A stretch of 64,000 bases of DNA from assembly GCA_025594325.1 (NCBI GenBank), contig JANHCV010000012.1, positions 868,001-932,000 on the forward strand. The letters run 5' to 3'. Below, one piece after another: positions 1-11,775 of the stretch; position 1 is the stretch's first letter; every line of letters begins with the position of its first letter. The position numbers and the translations under genes were made by a program. The notes below the pieces were generated by a model. That model was not told the origin of the DNA. It was given only the letters and a program-made list of their open reading frames with translations, and did no database searches. This DNA is from Blastocladiella emersonii ATCC 22665. Taxonomy: Eukaryota; Fungi; Blastocladiomycota.

Positions 1-36
1 GCGTCACGGTCAGAAGCGGAGGAGTAGGGCACCCAC

Positions 37-51
37 CTTGGCCGCCTTCAT
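37..51 (-). CDS. Possible first micro-exon (MKAAK) of a gene running off the left edge
   Basis: ATG at 51..49, then AAG GCG GCC AAG, then a GTGGGT donor-like sequence at 36. Too short to identify. Confidence 0.3.
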
Positions 52-591
52 CGTGGTCGCGGTCGCGGTCGAGGTCGCTGGTGGTTGGTCGATGCGTCGC
101 CGATATGCGTGGGGGTGCGGAGGAGAAGGGCGGGCAGTTGCGCGGCGCGAATATTACGCGTGGAGGGGGCGGGAGAAGGGATGGGCATGGCGGAAGCCGG
201 GTGGGATCGCAAACACGGTGGGCGGTGGGGGCGGCGGGGCTGTGAGATGCGCGCGGGTCCGGCCAAGCGGGCGTGCGGGCGGCACGGTGCGAAGGCAGCA
301 GGCAGGCGGAGAGAGGCGAGCCGAGAGAAGCGCGGAGGAGGCAAAACCAAACCCGTCACGTGCGCCGAGGGACCCGGACGCGCGCGCCCCGTGGCTTGCC
401 TCCCGCGATCGCTTCTCCTCTTCTCCGCTCCTCCTCTCGTGGTCGCTTCGATAAACGTGAAGAAAGGTGAACTCGGGGGTGGTGATTAAAAGTACAGGGC
501 GGAGAGGGAATGGACATGGCACCCGCCCATCAAACAAGCCAAAAACTCGCGTCGCTCGCTGGAGCGCGTGCGCGCGCGCACCGATGCACGC

Positions 592-2298
592 TTACAGGCG
601 CGACTTGGGCGCGGCCGTGATCGCGTCGTAGCACAGCGTGGTGAGGAAGTCGGGGAACTCGCGGCCCTGGACCATGGCGTGGAGGTACGTCTTGGCGAGC
701 GGGATCTTGGACCGCGCAAACTTGTCGCCGCCGAGCTGCGTGGCCAGCGCGGCCACCTCCTCGTCGAGCAGCCCGTTCACGTACGCGGGGGTCACCGTGA
801 CGCCCTCGCGCGTCTGCACCGCGTGGCGCACCCACTGCCACAGCTGCGACCGCGAGATCTCGGCCGTCGCCGCGTCCTCCATGAGGTTGTGGATCGGCAC
901 GCACCCGGACCCGCGCAGCCACGCCTCCGTGTACATGAGCGCAATGTTGATGTTGGTGCGGATCGCCTTCTCGTCAATCGTCCCCTTGCACGCCGGGTCG
1001 ATCAGGTTGGCCGCCGTGACAACGACGTCCTCGCGCCGCACGTGCATCTGGTGCGGGCCGGGCATGTGCTCGTCGAACACGGCGCGCGCGAGGGGCACCA
1101 GGTCCGGGTGCGCGACCCAGGTCCCGTCGTGCCCGGCCTGCACCTCGCGCAGCTTGTCGGCGCGCACCTTGCCCATGGCCGCGTTGTTGGCGGCCGCGTC
1201 GCCCTTGATCGGGATCTGCGCCGCCATGCCGCCCATGGCGTGCACGCCGCGCTTGTGGCACGTCTGGATGAGCAGGCGCACGTACGCGTCCATGAAGGGG
1301 GTGGTCATGGTCACGTCGGCGCGGCCGGGGAGCACAAACTGCGGGTGCTGGCGCAGCTTCTTGATGTACGAGAAAATGTAGTCCCACCGGCCGCAGTTGA
1401 GCCCGGCCGAGTGCTCGCGCAGCTCGTAGATGATCTCGTCCATCTCGAAGGCGGCCAGGATCGTCTCGATGAGCACGGTCCCGCGGATCGTGCCGCGCGG
1501 CATGCCGATCCAGTCCTGCGCCATGTTGAACACGTCGTTCCACAGCCGCGCCTCGAGGTGCGACTCCATCTTGGGCAGGTAAAAGTACGGGCCCTGGCCA
1601 ATCTCCACCGACTTCCACGCCGTGTGGTAGAAGTAGAGCGCAAAGTCGAAAATGGACGCCGAGCACGGCTGCCCGTCGATGAGCAGGTGCTTCTCCTCCA
1701 TGTGCCAGCCGCGGGGGCTACATTCGTTCGAGGTGGGGGGTCGGTCAGCGTGGTTCATGTGAGTGAGACCAGAGGGAGGAGAGTAATAAGCGTACCGGAC
1801 GAGCAGAACCGCGACCTTGCCGTCGTCGCGCAGCTTGTACTCCTTGCCGTTGGGCGCCGTGAACGAGATGGAGCGGTAGATGGCGTCCTTCATGTTCTGC
1901 TGGCCGAGCACCACGTTCTCCCACGTCGGCGCCGTCGAGTCCTCGAAGTCGGCCATGAACGTCTGCGCGCCCGCGTTGAGCGCGTTGATGACCATCTTGC
2001 GGTCCACGGGGCCCGTGATCTCGACGCGCCGGTCGACGAGGCCAGGTGCCGGCTTGGCGCCCTGCCACGCCGCGTTGTCGCGGATCGCCTTGGTCTCGGG
2101 CAGGAAGTCGGGCAGGTGGCCCGCGTCCAGCTGCTGCTGCCGCAGCTGCCGCTTCAGCAGCAGGTTCTTGCGCGTCGCGTTGAAGGTGCGGTGCAGCGTC
2201 GCAACAAAGTGCAGCGCGTCGTGGGTCAGGATCCCGCGCGCCGCCTCGGGCACGGGCGCCAGGAGCTGCACGCCGGCGGGGAGGGTGGTGGTGGTCAT
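592..2298 (-). CDS. MLS1: Malate synthase (glyoxysomal), one in-frame intron 1718..1795
   Basis: Motifs [29 protein letters not shown] after splicing, [30 protein letters not shown]-terminal SRL matches PTS1. Intron is GTACGC...TGTAG, 78 nt. Confidence 0.97.
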   Translation of the reverse strand: MTTTTLPAGVQLLAPVPEAARGILTHDALHFVATLHRTFNATRKNLLLKRQLRQQQLDAGHLPDFLPETKAIRDNAAWQGAKPAPGLVDRRVEITGPVDRKMVINALNAGAQTFMADFEDSTAPTWENVVLGQQNMKDAIYRSISFTAPNGKEYKLRDDGKVAVLLVRYAYYSPPSGLTHMNHADRPPTSNECSPRGWHMEEKHLLIDGQPCSASIFDFALYFYHTAWKSVEIGQGPYFYLPKMESHLEARLWNDVFNMAQDWIGMPRGTIRGTVLIETILAAFEMDEIIYELREHSAGLNCGRWDYIFSYIKKLRQHPQFVLPGRADVTMTTPFMDAYVRLLIQTCHKRGVHAMGGMAAQIPIKGDAAANNAAMGKVRADKLREVQAGHDGTWVAHPDLVPLARAVFDEHMPGPHQMHVRREDVVVTAANLIDPACKGTIDEKAIRTNINIALMYTEAWLRGSGCVPIHNLMEDAATAEISRSQLWQWVRHAVQTREGVTVTPAYVNGLLDEEVAALATQLGGDKFARSKIPLAKTYLHAMVQGREFPDFLTTLCYDAITAAPKSRL

Positions 2299-2374
2299 GG
2301 TGTCGATGGCGTAAAGGGGGTCGCAGCGGGGAGGGTGCGAGGGGAGGGAGCGGCGATGCGGGGGCGGGGAACCG

Positions 2375-2389
2375 GCCGCTCTTTATACG
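2375..2389 (-). promoter_or_regulatory. TATA-containing element CGTATAAAGAGCGGC upstream of malate synthase
   Basis: Lies 77 bp upstream of the ATG. An identical 15-mer occupies the equivalent position upstream of the USP gene (43704..43718). Confidence 0.6.
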
Positions 2390-2828
2390 TTGCGTTGGGG
2401 GCGGCGAGCTCGGTCGGCCGCAGCCATCGGCGGCGGCGACCTTTCCGCAAAGGCGAGTGGAGTTCGGGCAGTCTCGGGCCGCGCGCCTCCCGCCGCGTCA
2501 CGCGTTGCCCGACGCGTGAATCTCATGCGCGCCCTGCAGACGTCACTCGCCCGTGCCCGGCGACTCCCGGAACGCGCCGCGCCCTGCGTTCCGGCGCCTC
2601 GGATCCGCATGATCGCGCGCCGCGATCCGGGCATCCCGGCCATCCCGAAATGCCCATCCGGATACCGAGGGCTGACGCGCCTGCCACGCCCATCGCGCAT
2701 CGTTTACCACTCTTACGATCGCTCCTCCACCGTCGCCGCCGACCGCGCTTGATATCCCCTCGCCACGCGCCGTGAGAGCGAGACGCATCTGCCACCACTT
2801 AACGCAACGGATCAACCTCCCCGCTGAA

Positions 2829-3474
2829 ATGACCGCCGAGGACCACGCTCTCGTCCCCGACCGCGCCTGCCTGCACGAGGCGATCCAGGTCGGCGCCGCC
2901 ACCGCGTTTGCCGGCCTGTTCCTCGGCGCCGCCGTCCTCGCCTACACGCACCAGCTGCCCGCCGGGTCCTCGGTCACGCGCTACCTGGCCTCGACCACGG
3001 CCCAGGGCGGTAGGCATTTCCCGTGAAAGTTGTGTGTGGGGATCTGGACCCTGAACTTGTGCAATCGTGTAGCGCTCCTCGGTGGCGCCTTCGCCGGCAC
3101 CTCGTGCGCCGTCAGCCAGGCGCGCCACGGCGACGACGCCGTCGGTGCCGCCGCCGGCGGGTTCGCGACCGGCGCGCTGATCGGTCTCCGCCGTACGACT
3201 GCCTCTTCCTCTCATCACGTCACGCACCGCTCACCCTCCGCGTCCCCCTGCACGTCTAGAGCGCAACATGGGCATGGTGTTCGGCCTCGGCACGGGCTTT
3301 GCCGCGACCGCGTACCTCTTCGCGCTCAACCAGAACTCGCTGCGCGGGCCCATCGGCAAGCTGTCGTTCGACGACCGCAAGAAGTGGAACCAGGACACGT
3401 TCTGGAAGAACCCCGTCGAGAGCCCCGCGTCGCGCGCCCTCGTCGTCGCCGAGGAGTTCCGCCAGCAGCAGTGA
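2829..3474 (+). CDS. Tim17/Tim22/Tim23-family membrane protein, possibly complex I subunit NDUFA11/B14.7-like; introns 3010..3072 and 3193..3259
   Basis: Spliced frame is continuous (STTAQG/ALLGGAFAGTSCAVSQARHGDDAVGAAAGGFATGALIGLR/QRNMGMVFG). Gly-rich TM helices with the family-like pattern R..DD.....AGG.ATGAL.G. Confidence 0.7.
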
Positions 3475-3557
3475 ACACTCGCCTTCCTACCTTCTACCCC
3501 ACCCGACCTCTCGATTGTTATACGACGGAACGAACATTGTTTGATTTGCAACGCGGA

Positions 3558-4179
3558 CTACTTGGAACAGAACGCGTCCACGTCCGCCCGCAGACCCGCC
3601 CACGACGCGACCATGGCACCGACGCGCGGCGGCACCTCGCCGAGCCCGTCAAGGAGGACCGACTCGTCGTACAGCTGCTTGGCCTCGGCCGGCGGGAACA
3701 CGCGCTCGACGCTGCCCATGGCCGCCGCGACCGAGGACAGCAGCGCGTTGCCGCGCGTCAGCCGGTCCGCAGTTGACGGGGAGGGATGGTGTTTCTGCGT
3801 CAGCGACAGGAGCAGGAGCGATGCGCTAGACAGATGGACGGGTGAGCGAGTGAGGAACGATGAGAGGGACAGGATGAGGTACCGCAGCTTGCCAACGAGC
3901 TTGCCCGCCTCAACGCCAAGCGCGCTGCCCGTGCGGAACCCGTCGTCGAACCCGGCCTGCATCGTCTGGTCCTTGCCCTCGATGATGCCCTCGCGGTACC
4001 CGGCCTGGTAGGCGTACTGTCAATGATCAACCAGCGAGGTGAGAGCGTAGGATACGCACATCCTTGTGCGCCTGGCGCATCCGCTCGTACTCGCGCTCGT
4101 ACACGGAACGCTGCCACTCGAGCTCATCGACGTCGCCCGCCCACGGATCCGTGTCGCTCTCGCTGCTGTAATCGCTCAT
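3558..4179 (-). CDS. YAE1: Yae1-family protein; introns 4017..4059 and 3826..3882
   Basis: Acidic N-terminus followed by the deca-GX3-like motif GYREGIIEGKDQTMQAGFDDGFRTGSALGVEAGKLVG. Canonical splice sites restore the frame. Confidence 0.82.
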
Positions 4180-4426
4180 TTGTTGCGGGGAGTCTTGCTG
4201 TCGAAGGGGGAGCGGCGATCGGATGAGATGGGAGGAGATCACGTCAGCGGGCGAGGCAGCGAGAGACAAAAGTGTCTCGCACCTCAGCGCGCTGGCTGCC
4301 GCAAGCTTCCGCGCCGCGCTTCCGCCGCGCTTCTCCTTCCCGCAAAGACGGAACAGGCGAGCCGCTGGCCGGCCGCCCCATGAACCGCATGCAACGCGCT
4401 GCTGCCGCGACCATACCGGCCGCCCG

Positions 4427-7400
4427 ATGTTCGCCGCGTCGCCGCTGCGCCGCCGCTGCCGCCGAGTCCGCTGCGCGCTGGTCGCGACTCTCATCTTGTT
4501 ATGTCTCCTCCTGACGCTCGACCTTGTCACCGCCGAGGATGTGATCCGGATCAGCGTGAGTACCACTAGACCCTGCAACACTGCACGAAGCTGACGCCCA
4601 CGCCGAGCGTAGCTGGTCGCCCCGATGCGCGACGAGGCGCTGGTGCACGAGAACCACGCGGCAGCCGACGCGCTGCGGTACGCGGTGCGCGACGCGCAGG
4701 CCGCGGGGTACCTCGCGGGCGCGCGCGTCGACGTGGTCGTCACCGACACGACGCCGGTGTCGGGCACGAAGAGCGGCGGTGGGACGGCCATCTTTGGTGC
4801 CCTGGGTACGCCATCCACTCCCCCCTCACCACACCCCACCTAACTCTCGCTGCCGCGTAGAGGCCCTGCAGAACAACGCGTCAGCGATCGTGACGAGCAC
4901 GTCCGAGGACAGCAAGCAGGTGTCGCTGGTGACGGCGCCGCTGCACGTCCCCGTGTGCTCGTACCTGGCCTCGGCCGCCGAGCTCTCCGACAAGCGCCTG
5001 TACCCGCACTTTTTCCGCTACATGACGTCGTCCGAGACGCTCGAGCACGCCCTGTTCCGGTGGTGCCGCGCCTACGGCTGGGCACGCGTCGGGATCGTGT
5101 TTGACGGGACGGACTGGTTTATGGGCGGGCGTACGTTTTACGGTGTGCACTGCTTGGGCGTGGACTGACCCGAGACACTTTGTAGTGGGCGCCGCGATCC
5201 AGGCACACGCCGCCGACGAAGGCGTCGCGCTGACCGCGGCCGTGAACGTGCAGGGCGAGGACCCGTCCCCGTCAACCCTCGCCGTCGCGTACAACGCGCT
5301 GGTCGCGGGGGACACGTACATCCTGTGCCTCGCGCAGTCCCCGCGCGGCGCCGCACGGACACTCGCGTCGCTGTGGTCGCGCGGCTGGTTCAACTCTACG
5401 CAACCGCGCGTCGTCTTCACGTACTTTTCCCCGCTCGACGAGCTGCGCGCCGCGGACCCCGCCGCGTACACGGGGATCTTGGGGAGTTCGACGACCCTGC
5501 TCCCCTCGACGTGGGTGTTTGACGAGGTGACCATCTGGTACCGGTTCCTGACCGAGTTTTTCGGGAGGACGGGGCAGCGGTACCCGCACGACGCCGCGTT
5601 CCTGTTCGCCAACGCGTACGCGTGCGGCGTGTCGCTCGCCGTCGGCCTGCACCGGCTCGCCGAGCGGGCTGGGTCAACGGCGGCGGTCGCGCACCGCGTG
5701 CCCGCGGTGTTTGAAAAGTACGTCGCGTTCGACCTGTTCAACATCACGCCCGCCGGCGCGCCGGGGATCGCGTACCCGCTGCCGTGGCTCGACGCGCACG
5801 GCGACGTGGTCCCGTCCGTCTTCACGCTGTTCGCGCTCAACACGTCCGTCCCCGCCAACTTCTCGGGCGTGCCCGCGACGGACCCGCCGGCCTGGTACTT
5901 TTGGCTGTGCGGCGGCATCTTTGCCAACGGGACCACGGACCGCCGCGACTGCGCGTTCCCCGGGGGAACCATCCCGCTCGACGCGACGCGCAAGGAACTC
6001 ACGAACCTGGTCTGGTCCTCGCTCCGCGGCCGCCTCGTCGAATCCTTCGCCTGTCTCGCCGCAATCGTCACGCTCGCGTCGCTCGCCGCCACCGTCGCCC
6101 TGCGGAGACACCCGCCGTACACCCGGGCGTCGCTCACCACGCTCGTCGTCCTGCACGTCCAGGCGCTCGCGGCCATTGGGGCGGCGGTCCTGTTCGGCGA
6201 CCCGCCGTCCGCGGTCATGTGTAACGTCCGCCTCGTGTTCCTGACGTGCGTGCCATGCGGGCTCATTGCCGCGGCGGCGCCACGGATCGTCATGATCCAC
6301 CGCGTCTACCGGTATTATCTCGCCACGGTCGTCAAGCCCGCGGCCGCGGCCGCCGCGGCGGGTGGAGGCGGAGGGCGGGGTGGGAGAATCAAGCGCAGCC
6401 GGTTCCTGACCAACGGGTCCGCCGGGTCCGGTGCTTCGAGTAGCGGCGGGGGTGGGACCGTCCCGCGCGCACGCACGCTCAGTTCCATGTCCGCGGTCCT
6501 CGCGGGCGGCGGCGGGGCGCTGCGCAAGAGTATGGGGAATCTCGCCCGCGGGATCTCGTCGCACTCGCTCAACCTGCTCGGCCGCACCGCCGCGCCCGAT
6601 GTGACGCCAGTGACGGTCCCGCTGACCAACTCCGAGGAGACGACGCCGTCCGCGACCGCATCCAGGGAATCGAAGCGCGACGCCCCCGCGGCGACGGTAT
6701 CCCGGACCGTCGTCGCGTACGCGCAGATGCTCGACGGCTCGCGCCCGCAGTCCATGTCGCTCGCGACCCTCGCCACGCTCGCAGGTCTCGCGGTCCCTTA
6801 CACCGCCGCCGGCGCGTACTACGTCCTGGCGTGCGACGCGTCCGTGGTCCGCATCACGCGTTCGGTCTCGAGCTACAGCCTCGTCTGCCAGTGCCGCTCG
6901 CCCAACGACGCGTACGCAGCGACGCTCACGGGCGTGTTCGCGTTCCACGCGCTCGCGCTCGTGTTTTTGGGAGTCCGCGCCGCGCAGGCGTGGGACGCGC
7001 GGTTCAATCTCAACGAGACGCGCCGGTGGACGTTCGCCCTCGCGAACGCGACGCTCGCGGGGGTGCTCGCTACGGTCGTGATCCTGGCCGATGCGGTGTC
7101 CAGGTTTACCGGGTTCTTTATCTGCCTCATCGTCTACGCCGCGCTCACGTCGGTTGTGGGCGTGGCGGGACCGCTGCACACCAGGTGGTACCGCCAGCGC
7201 GCGCGGGCGCGGCGCGGGAGTGTCGGGCGGGTGGCGGACGAGGACGGAGATGGCGAGCTCGTTAACCGGATCGCGGGCCTGCGTGTACGCGCGGACCTCG
7301 CGGCGGTCGCTCGCGCGCGCGCGGCGTCGGGACGGGTCAAGCTGAACGAGCCAGCGCCGCCGCCGCCGGCTCCGCCGGTCATCGCGATCCCCGCGGCCAA

Positions 7401-8115
7401 ACCAGCAGCTGCGCCACCGCCGCCACCCGCGACCGCGGAACCTGACCCCGAGCCCGTCGCGACCGTCGCGCGCCACGTCACCCTCGCCCTCCCGCCGACC
7501 AACCCGCGCGCGGCGGGGACGGGGACCGCGCCGCGCGGGAGCATCTTCTACGCGTCGCCGATGCACCGGCGGCGGTCCGCGCTGTCGGGGCCCAGCAGCA
7601 ACCCGGCCGCGGCCACGCCGCCGTTGTCCCTCATGACGCTCCTGCGCCGGTCGTCTGCGATGCCTCCGCCCGCCTCGACCGCCGCGCTCCCGCTGCAGTC
7701 CGCAGCGGCGACTGCGTCGGCCGCGAGCTGGGAGGAGGTCGCTGAGGTCGACTACCTGACGGCGCGGTACCCCGTGCGCTTGGTCTGCACGTCGCTGTTT
7801 TCGCAAGAAGAAGAGGAGGAGGACGGCGCGTTGTGGTGTCTCCTGGAAGAAGACCCGACGGCATCCGCAAGGCAGGGTTATCTCGTGGTCCTGCGCGGCG
7901 GGGCGTGCGACGCGCAGTGGGCGCTCTCTGGCCCGCTGCGCTCGTTCGAGGTCAGCAACGCGGGCGACTGTGTCGTGGTGGTGCGCGGGCGGTGGTCGCG
8001 GCGGTCCGCGACGGCGGTCTTTGCGACCCCGGAAGCGGCGGCCGAGTTTGCGCGGCTGTTCCCTGCCGCGAGCGAGGGCGGGAGCGGGAGGGGCGCGTTG
8101 ATGAGCTTCATATAA
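4427..8115 (+). CDS. Class C (GABA-B/mGluR-like) GPCR: signal peptide, Venus-flytrap domain, 7TM, long C-tail; introns 4556..4612, 4806..4860, 5131..5185
   Basis: ANF-receptor-like motifs (VPVCSYLASAAELSDKRLYPHFFR, YGWARVGIVFD) and 7tm_3-like motifs (RRHPPYTRAS after TM1, C.VRLVFL in TM3, FNLNETRRW before TM6). Three canonical introns join the frames. Confidence 0.8.
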
Positions 8116-8132
8116 CCCGTTCATTATATAAC

Positions 8133-9937
8133 TCAATCCCAGCCGGTCAGGACACCCGCGCCGGGCCCAGGCGCCGACGCGAACACGTACTTGTCGAGCA
8201 TCGACTCGGGCGACGCGACGCCGCGCGGCTCGTAGTAGTCGACGAACAGGCGGCCGACGAACTCGGGCACCTCGCGCGCGTCCGCCAACAGGTGCACGGT
8301 GCACCCGCCCCACCCGGCGCCCGTCAGCCGCGACCCGAGCGCGCCCGCGCGCTTGCCGACCCACACCAGCATGTCGAGCTCCGTGTGGCTGCACTCGTAC
8401 GGGTCCGTGCACGACGCGTGGCTCGCGTCCATGAGTTTCCCGAACGCCGCCGCCGGGTCTTTGGTGGATGTGAGCAGGTCCGCGGCGTCGAGGACGCGCA
8501 GCGCCTCCGACAGGACGTGCCGCGTCCGGGCGCCGAGCCGCAGCGCGTGGAATGTGACGGGGAACGCGGCCAGGTACCGGGTCCGGATCTCGTCGCGCGA
8601 CACCTCGAGCGCCGCCACGACTTCGTCGAGCGACCACTCGCCAAACTCGCCGCGGTTCCCGTGGAACAGAAGCGTCTCGGCCTGCTCGGCCAGCGCGCGG
8701 ATCGCTGCGGCGACGTCGCCCAGCGACTCGCAGGTCGCCCACGGGACCAGGTCCGCCAGCACCACGGGCCGCGGGTTTCCGTGCAGGTCCGGCACCGTCA
8801 GCGGCAGGTCCGCGTCCTTGGCCAGCAGCGCCGCCGCCAGACGCGTCTCGACGACGCGCAGGTTGTAGTTGCGCGGCGCCGTCACGTGCTTGTCGGCCGT
8901 CACCATCGAGTGCGCCACCACGAACACGCCCGCGGCGGGGAGCGGGAGCGGGTCGGCGCGGAGGGAGGGCGTGAAGTGCACCACGGCGGCCGCGCCGCGC
9001 TGGCCCATGACGGAAATCGACTGGTCCTACGTTCGTTGCGGGGCTGGTCAGTGAGTCGTCCGCGACGGTGCGCGCGAAGCAAAAGTACCATGCCGCCCGA
9101 GTTGACGCCGACGAGCCGCTCCGACTCGATCGCGATATTCGTGATCTTCTCGAGCGGGACGGTCCGGGCGCGCGCCGGGTTCGCCGCGTACAGCGTGGCG
9201 ATCACGGTCGCCACGATCATGGCCGACGAGCTCGATAACCCCGATCCGGCGGGCACCGTCGAGTGGATGCAGCAGAACAGGTCGTACGCGGGCTCCGGCA
9301 GCGCGAGCTGCGCGTACACGCCCTTGTACCCGGCCTTGAAGTAGTTGCCCCAGTCGAGCACCGCCGCGTCGATCGTGCAGATCCGCCCGCGGTTGTGGTC
9401 GTGGTCGAAATCGACCGCCGTCGGGTACCCCGCCGAACGCACGTGCACGCGCGGCTTCCTCGCGCCGTTGGTCCCCGAGGGGATCGGCCGCTTCGCGACG
9501 GCGATCAGCAGGTCCCGGTCAATCGCCATCGGCATCACCGCGAACCCCGCGTAGTCGATGTGCTCGCCGATCAGGTTCACGCGGCCCGGCGCCCGCGCGA
9601 TGAAGGCGGGGCGGCCGACGCCCGGGAATGCGGTTTCGAATGCCGCGACGAGCTCGGCGACGCGGCCGCGCTGCGCGTGCGTCCCCGAAGCGTACAGCGT
9701 CTCGAGGTCCGGGTAGATGGGCAGCGTGCGACCGGGGCTCGCGAGCGCCGCGTCCGCATCGTGGTCGGGTTTCGCAGCGAGACTCTGCGCCGAGGCGCGC
9801 GCGGGCGTGTGCGGGTGCGAAGACGACGAAGAGTGTGTGGCGAGCTCGTCGACCGAATCGGCGAGGAACCGGCTCGTCGAGCCCTTGACGTTGGTATCGG
9901 CGCTCGACTCGGACATGTTCGTTGAGGCTGCGAGCAT
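8133..9937 (-). CDS. GAL1: Galactokinase (GHMP kinase); intron 9027..9088; start may be 9916
   Basis: RAPGRVNLIGEHIDY, PAGSGLSSSSA, SGGMDQ after splicing, GSRLTGAGWGGC. Confidence 0.95.
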
Positions 9938-10379
9938 GGCGGCGATCGAGGCGTCAGGTTCGTGCGCTCGCGATGCAGCAAGTCGCGCGGGGAAGCATAC
10001 ATGTTTAAGTAGCGGATCAGGCTTCGTTGGGGGGTTGCGGCGAGGTGGCGGCGGCCGCGGCGGTCAAGTCGCCACGCGCCGCCCACCGCCGCCAAGACGC
10101 GGATCTCGGCGCTCGCGGGCGACTCGCCATGGCGGAAGTGCGGACGCGGACGCGGGTGAGCAATGAGGGCTCCCGTCGGGATGCGCGCTAATCTGGAACG
10201 TTGCAAAGTGTCTCCCTCGCTCGCGCGTCAAAAGCGGACCCGATGAGCGGCGCGAGACCCCACGTGATTGTTTGACGCGTCCGTCGCAGCGCGTATCGGG
10301 CCGCGGCCGCGCACGGTATCGAGCGTCGACGGGAAGACAGATATCGCTTTTATGAATGAATGACCCCACAACGAGGAGC

Positions 10380-10870
10380 TCAGGCAGTGAAACTGCCCAG
10401 CAGCTCGCCAAGGAGCCCGCCGGCCTTCTCGACCAGCCCGCCCTCCTCCTCAAGTACCCGCTGCCGAAGCGCTCGTACTCGCTCGGGTCGAACATGGGCG
10501 TGTCTGCCGGGAGCACGCTCTCCTCGGCCGCGACCGCCGCTTGCTCGTCGCGCACCAGCTTGCCCGTCGCCTGCGTCGCGAGCCCGCCCGCGGGTCCGAA
10601 CAGGCCATTCGCGCGCGCCGCGTTCGCACCAATGTCCAGGAACTCGGTCGGCGTGATCTTGCTGTCCTTGGCAGCCGATATCACCGCGCCCGCGGTTCCA
10701 AGTACGCCGGCGCCCAGCGAGGCTGCCGCGCCAATCATGGCGCCGAGGCAGAGGCGGCTGCCCCGCTGAGGCTGCTGATGGGGCTACTGAAAACGCGACT
10801 GGTTGCGCTGCTGCTGCGCGAGAGCCTGTTGCTGCTCGAGGAGCGCCGCCTTGCGAGGCTGGATGCGGCG
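10380..10870 (-). pseudogene. Orphan Q-rich/Gly-rich-core family, copy 1 (disrupted)
   Basis: Core SAAKDSKITPTEFLDIGANAARANGLFGPAGGLATQATGKLVRDEQA is homologous to copies 2 and 3. In-frame TAG at 10786..10784, no nearby in-frame ATG upstream of it, and the family C-terminal helix lies in the -1 frame. Confidence 0.7.
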
Positions 10871-11775
10871 TAGTGGGGAGGTGTTGATAGTGAGCGCATA
10901 TGTACTGAAGATCACTAGTTCAAACTTGACTGTGGGGACGGGCGAGAGCTCGGTGGGATGGCTCCGCGAGGCGGGGAACAAGTTGGGGCGACGGCCACTG
11001 TGAGGCTGACAACGATTGGCCGTAACTTGAAGCGTAGTGCAGAGAACTGCTCGAACTGCGCCCGCGCATGCGCCTCGGCCAGCGGCAACTCGCGCCGCAA
11101 CTCGACTCAGTCCGTCGAGGGGATTGCCGAGTCGTGCCAAGCGGCATCACGTTCTCGAAGAAATTGAGGGACAGACAAAGCGGGAATGCAAGCCGGAAAA
11201 CAAACAACGGCGACGCGTCGAGATATCACGTGCGCATGTCTCACACGCTCGCGTCTTGTCTCACACGGCCGCAGACCGCGCGCCGTGTCCCACAAATGCG
11301 ACGGCACGCCTCGTACAAACAGCCCCACACAGTCGAGTGGTTAGAACACGTAGGACCCCGCACCCTGGAATGGGGATGCCGCCGCCTGCGCTGCGTCGAA
11401 GCGCTTAGCTTTTGCTTCGCGCCGCTTTTGATCTGCTCGGTGAATGAAACCTACTTCAGACAAGTAAAGGTCGGCCAGAAAAACACGATACCAGCAGTTT
11501 AAGCTTGGCGCATCTCTTCAAGCAGTCACCGCCCTCAACAGGCGTCAAAAAAATAGCTTTGAGGTTCAGTGACCGGCAAGTACGCTGAGAACGCGCTCCA
11601 ACGTGCTGCGGACATCAAGGCGTTTGCAGACGTCAAGGAAGCGACCCGTTTAAGTGTAAGCATGAGGTCCGCATCATCTTTTTAATCTGCCGGTTGGTTG
11701 GTTCAAACAAAATGTATACGACATGCACGAGCGAGAATGAATAACAGTACAGCGGCCATAGGGACTTCAAATCCT

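Noticed and set aside
568-2775. 735-aa plus-strand ORF
   Set aside because: Antisense shadow of malate synthase caused by high GC3 and few stops; R/G/V/H-rich and not protein-like.
5674-8742. 1022-aa minus-strand ORF
   Set aside because: Arg-rich shadow or alternate frame of the GPCR and GAL1 genes.
10784-10786. In-frame TAG suggesting stop-codon reassignment
   Set aside because: TAG, TGA and TAA all terminate well-supported genes in this window; simple pseudogenisation explains it.
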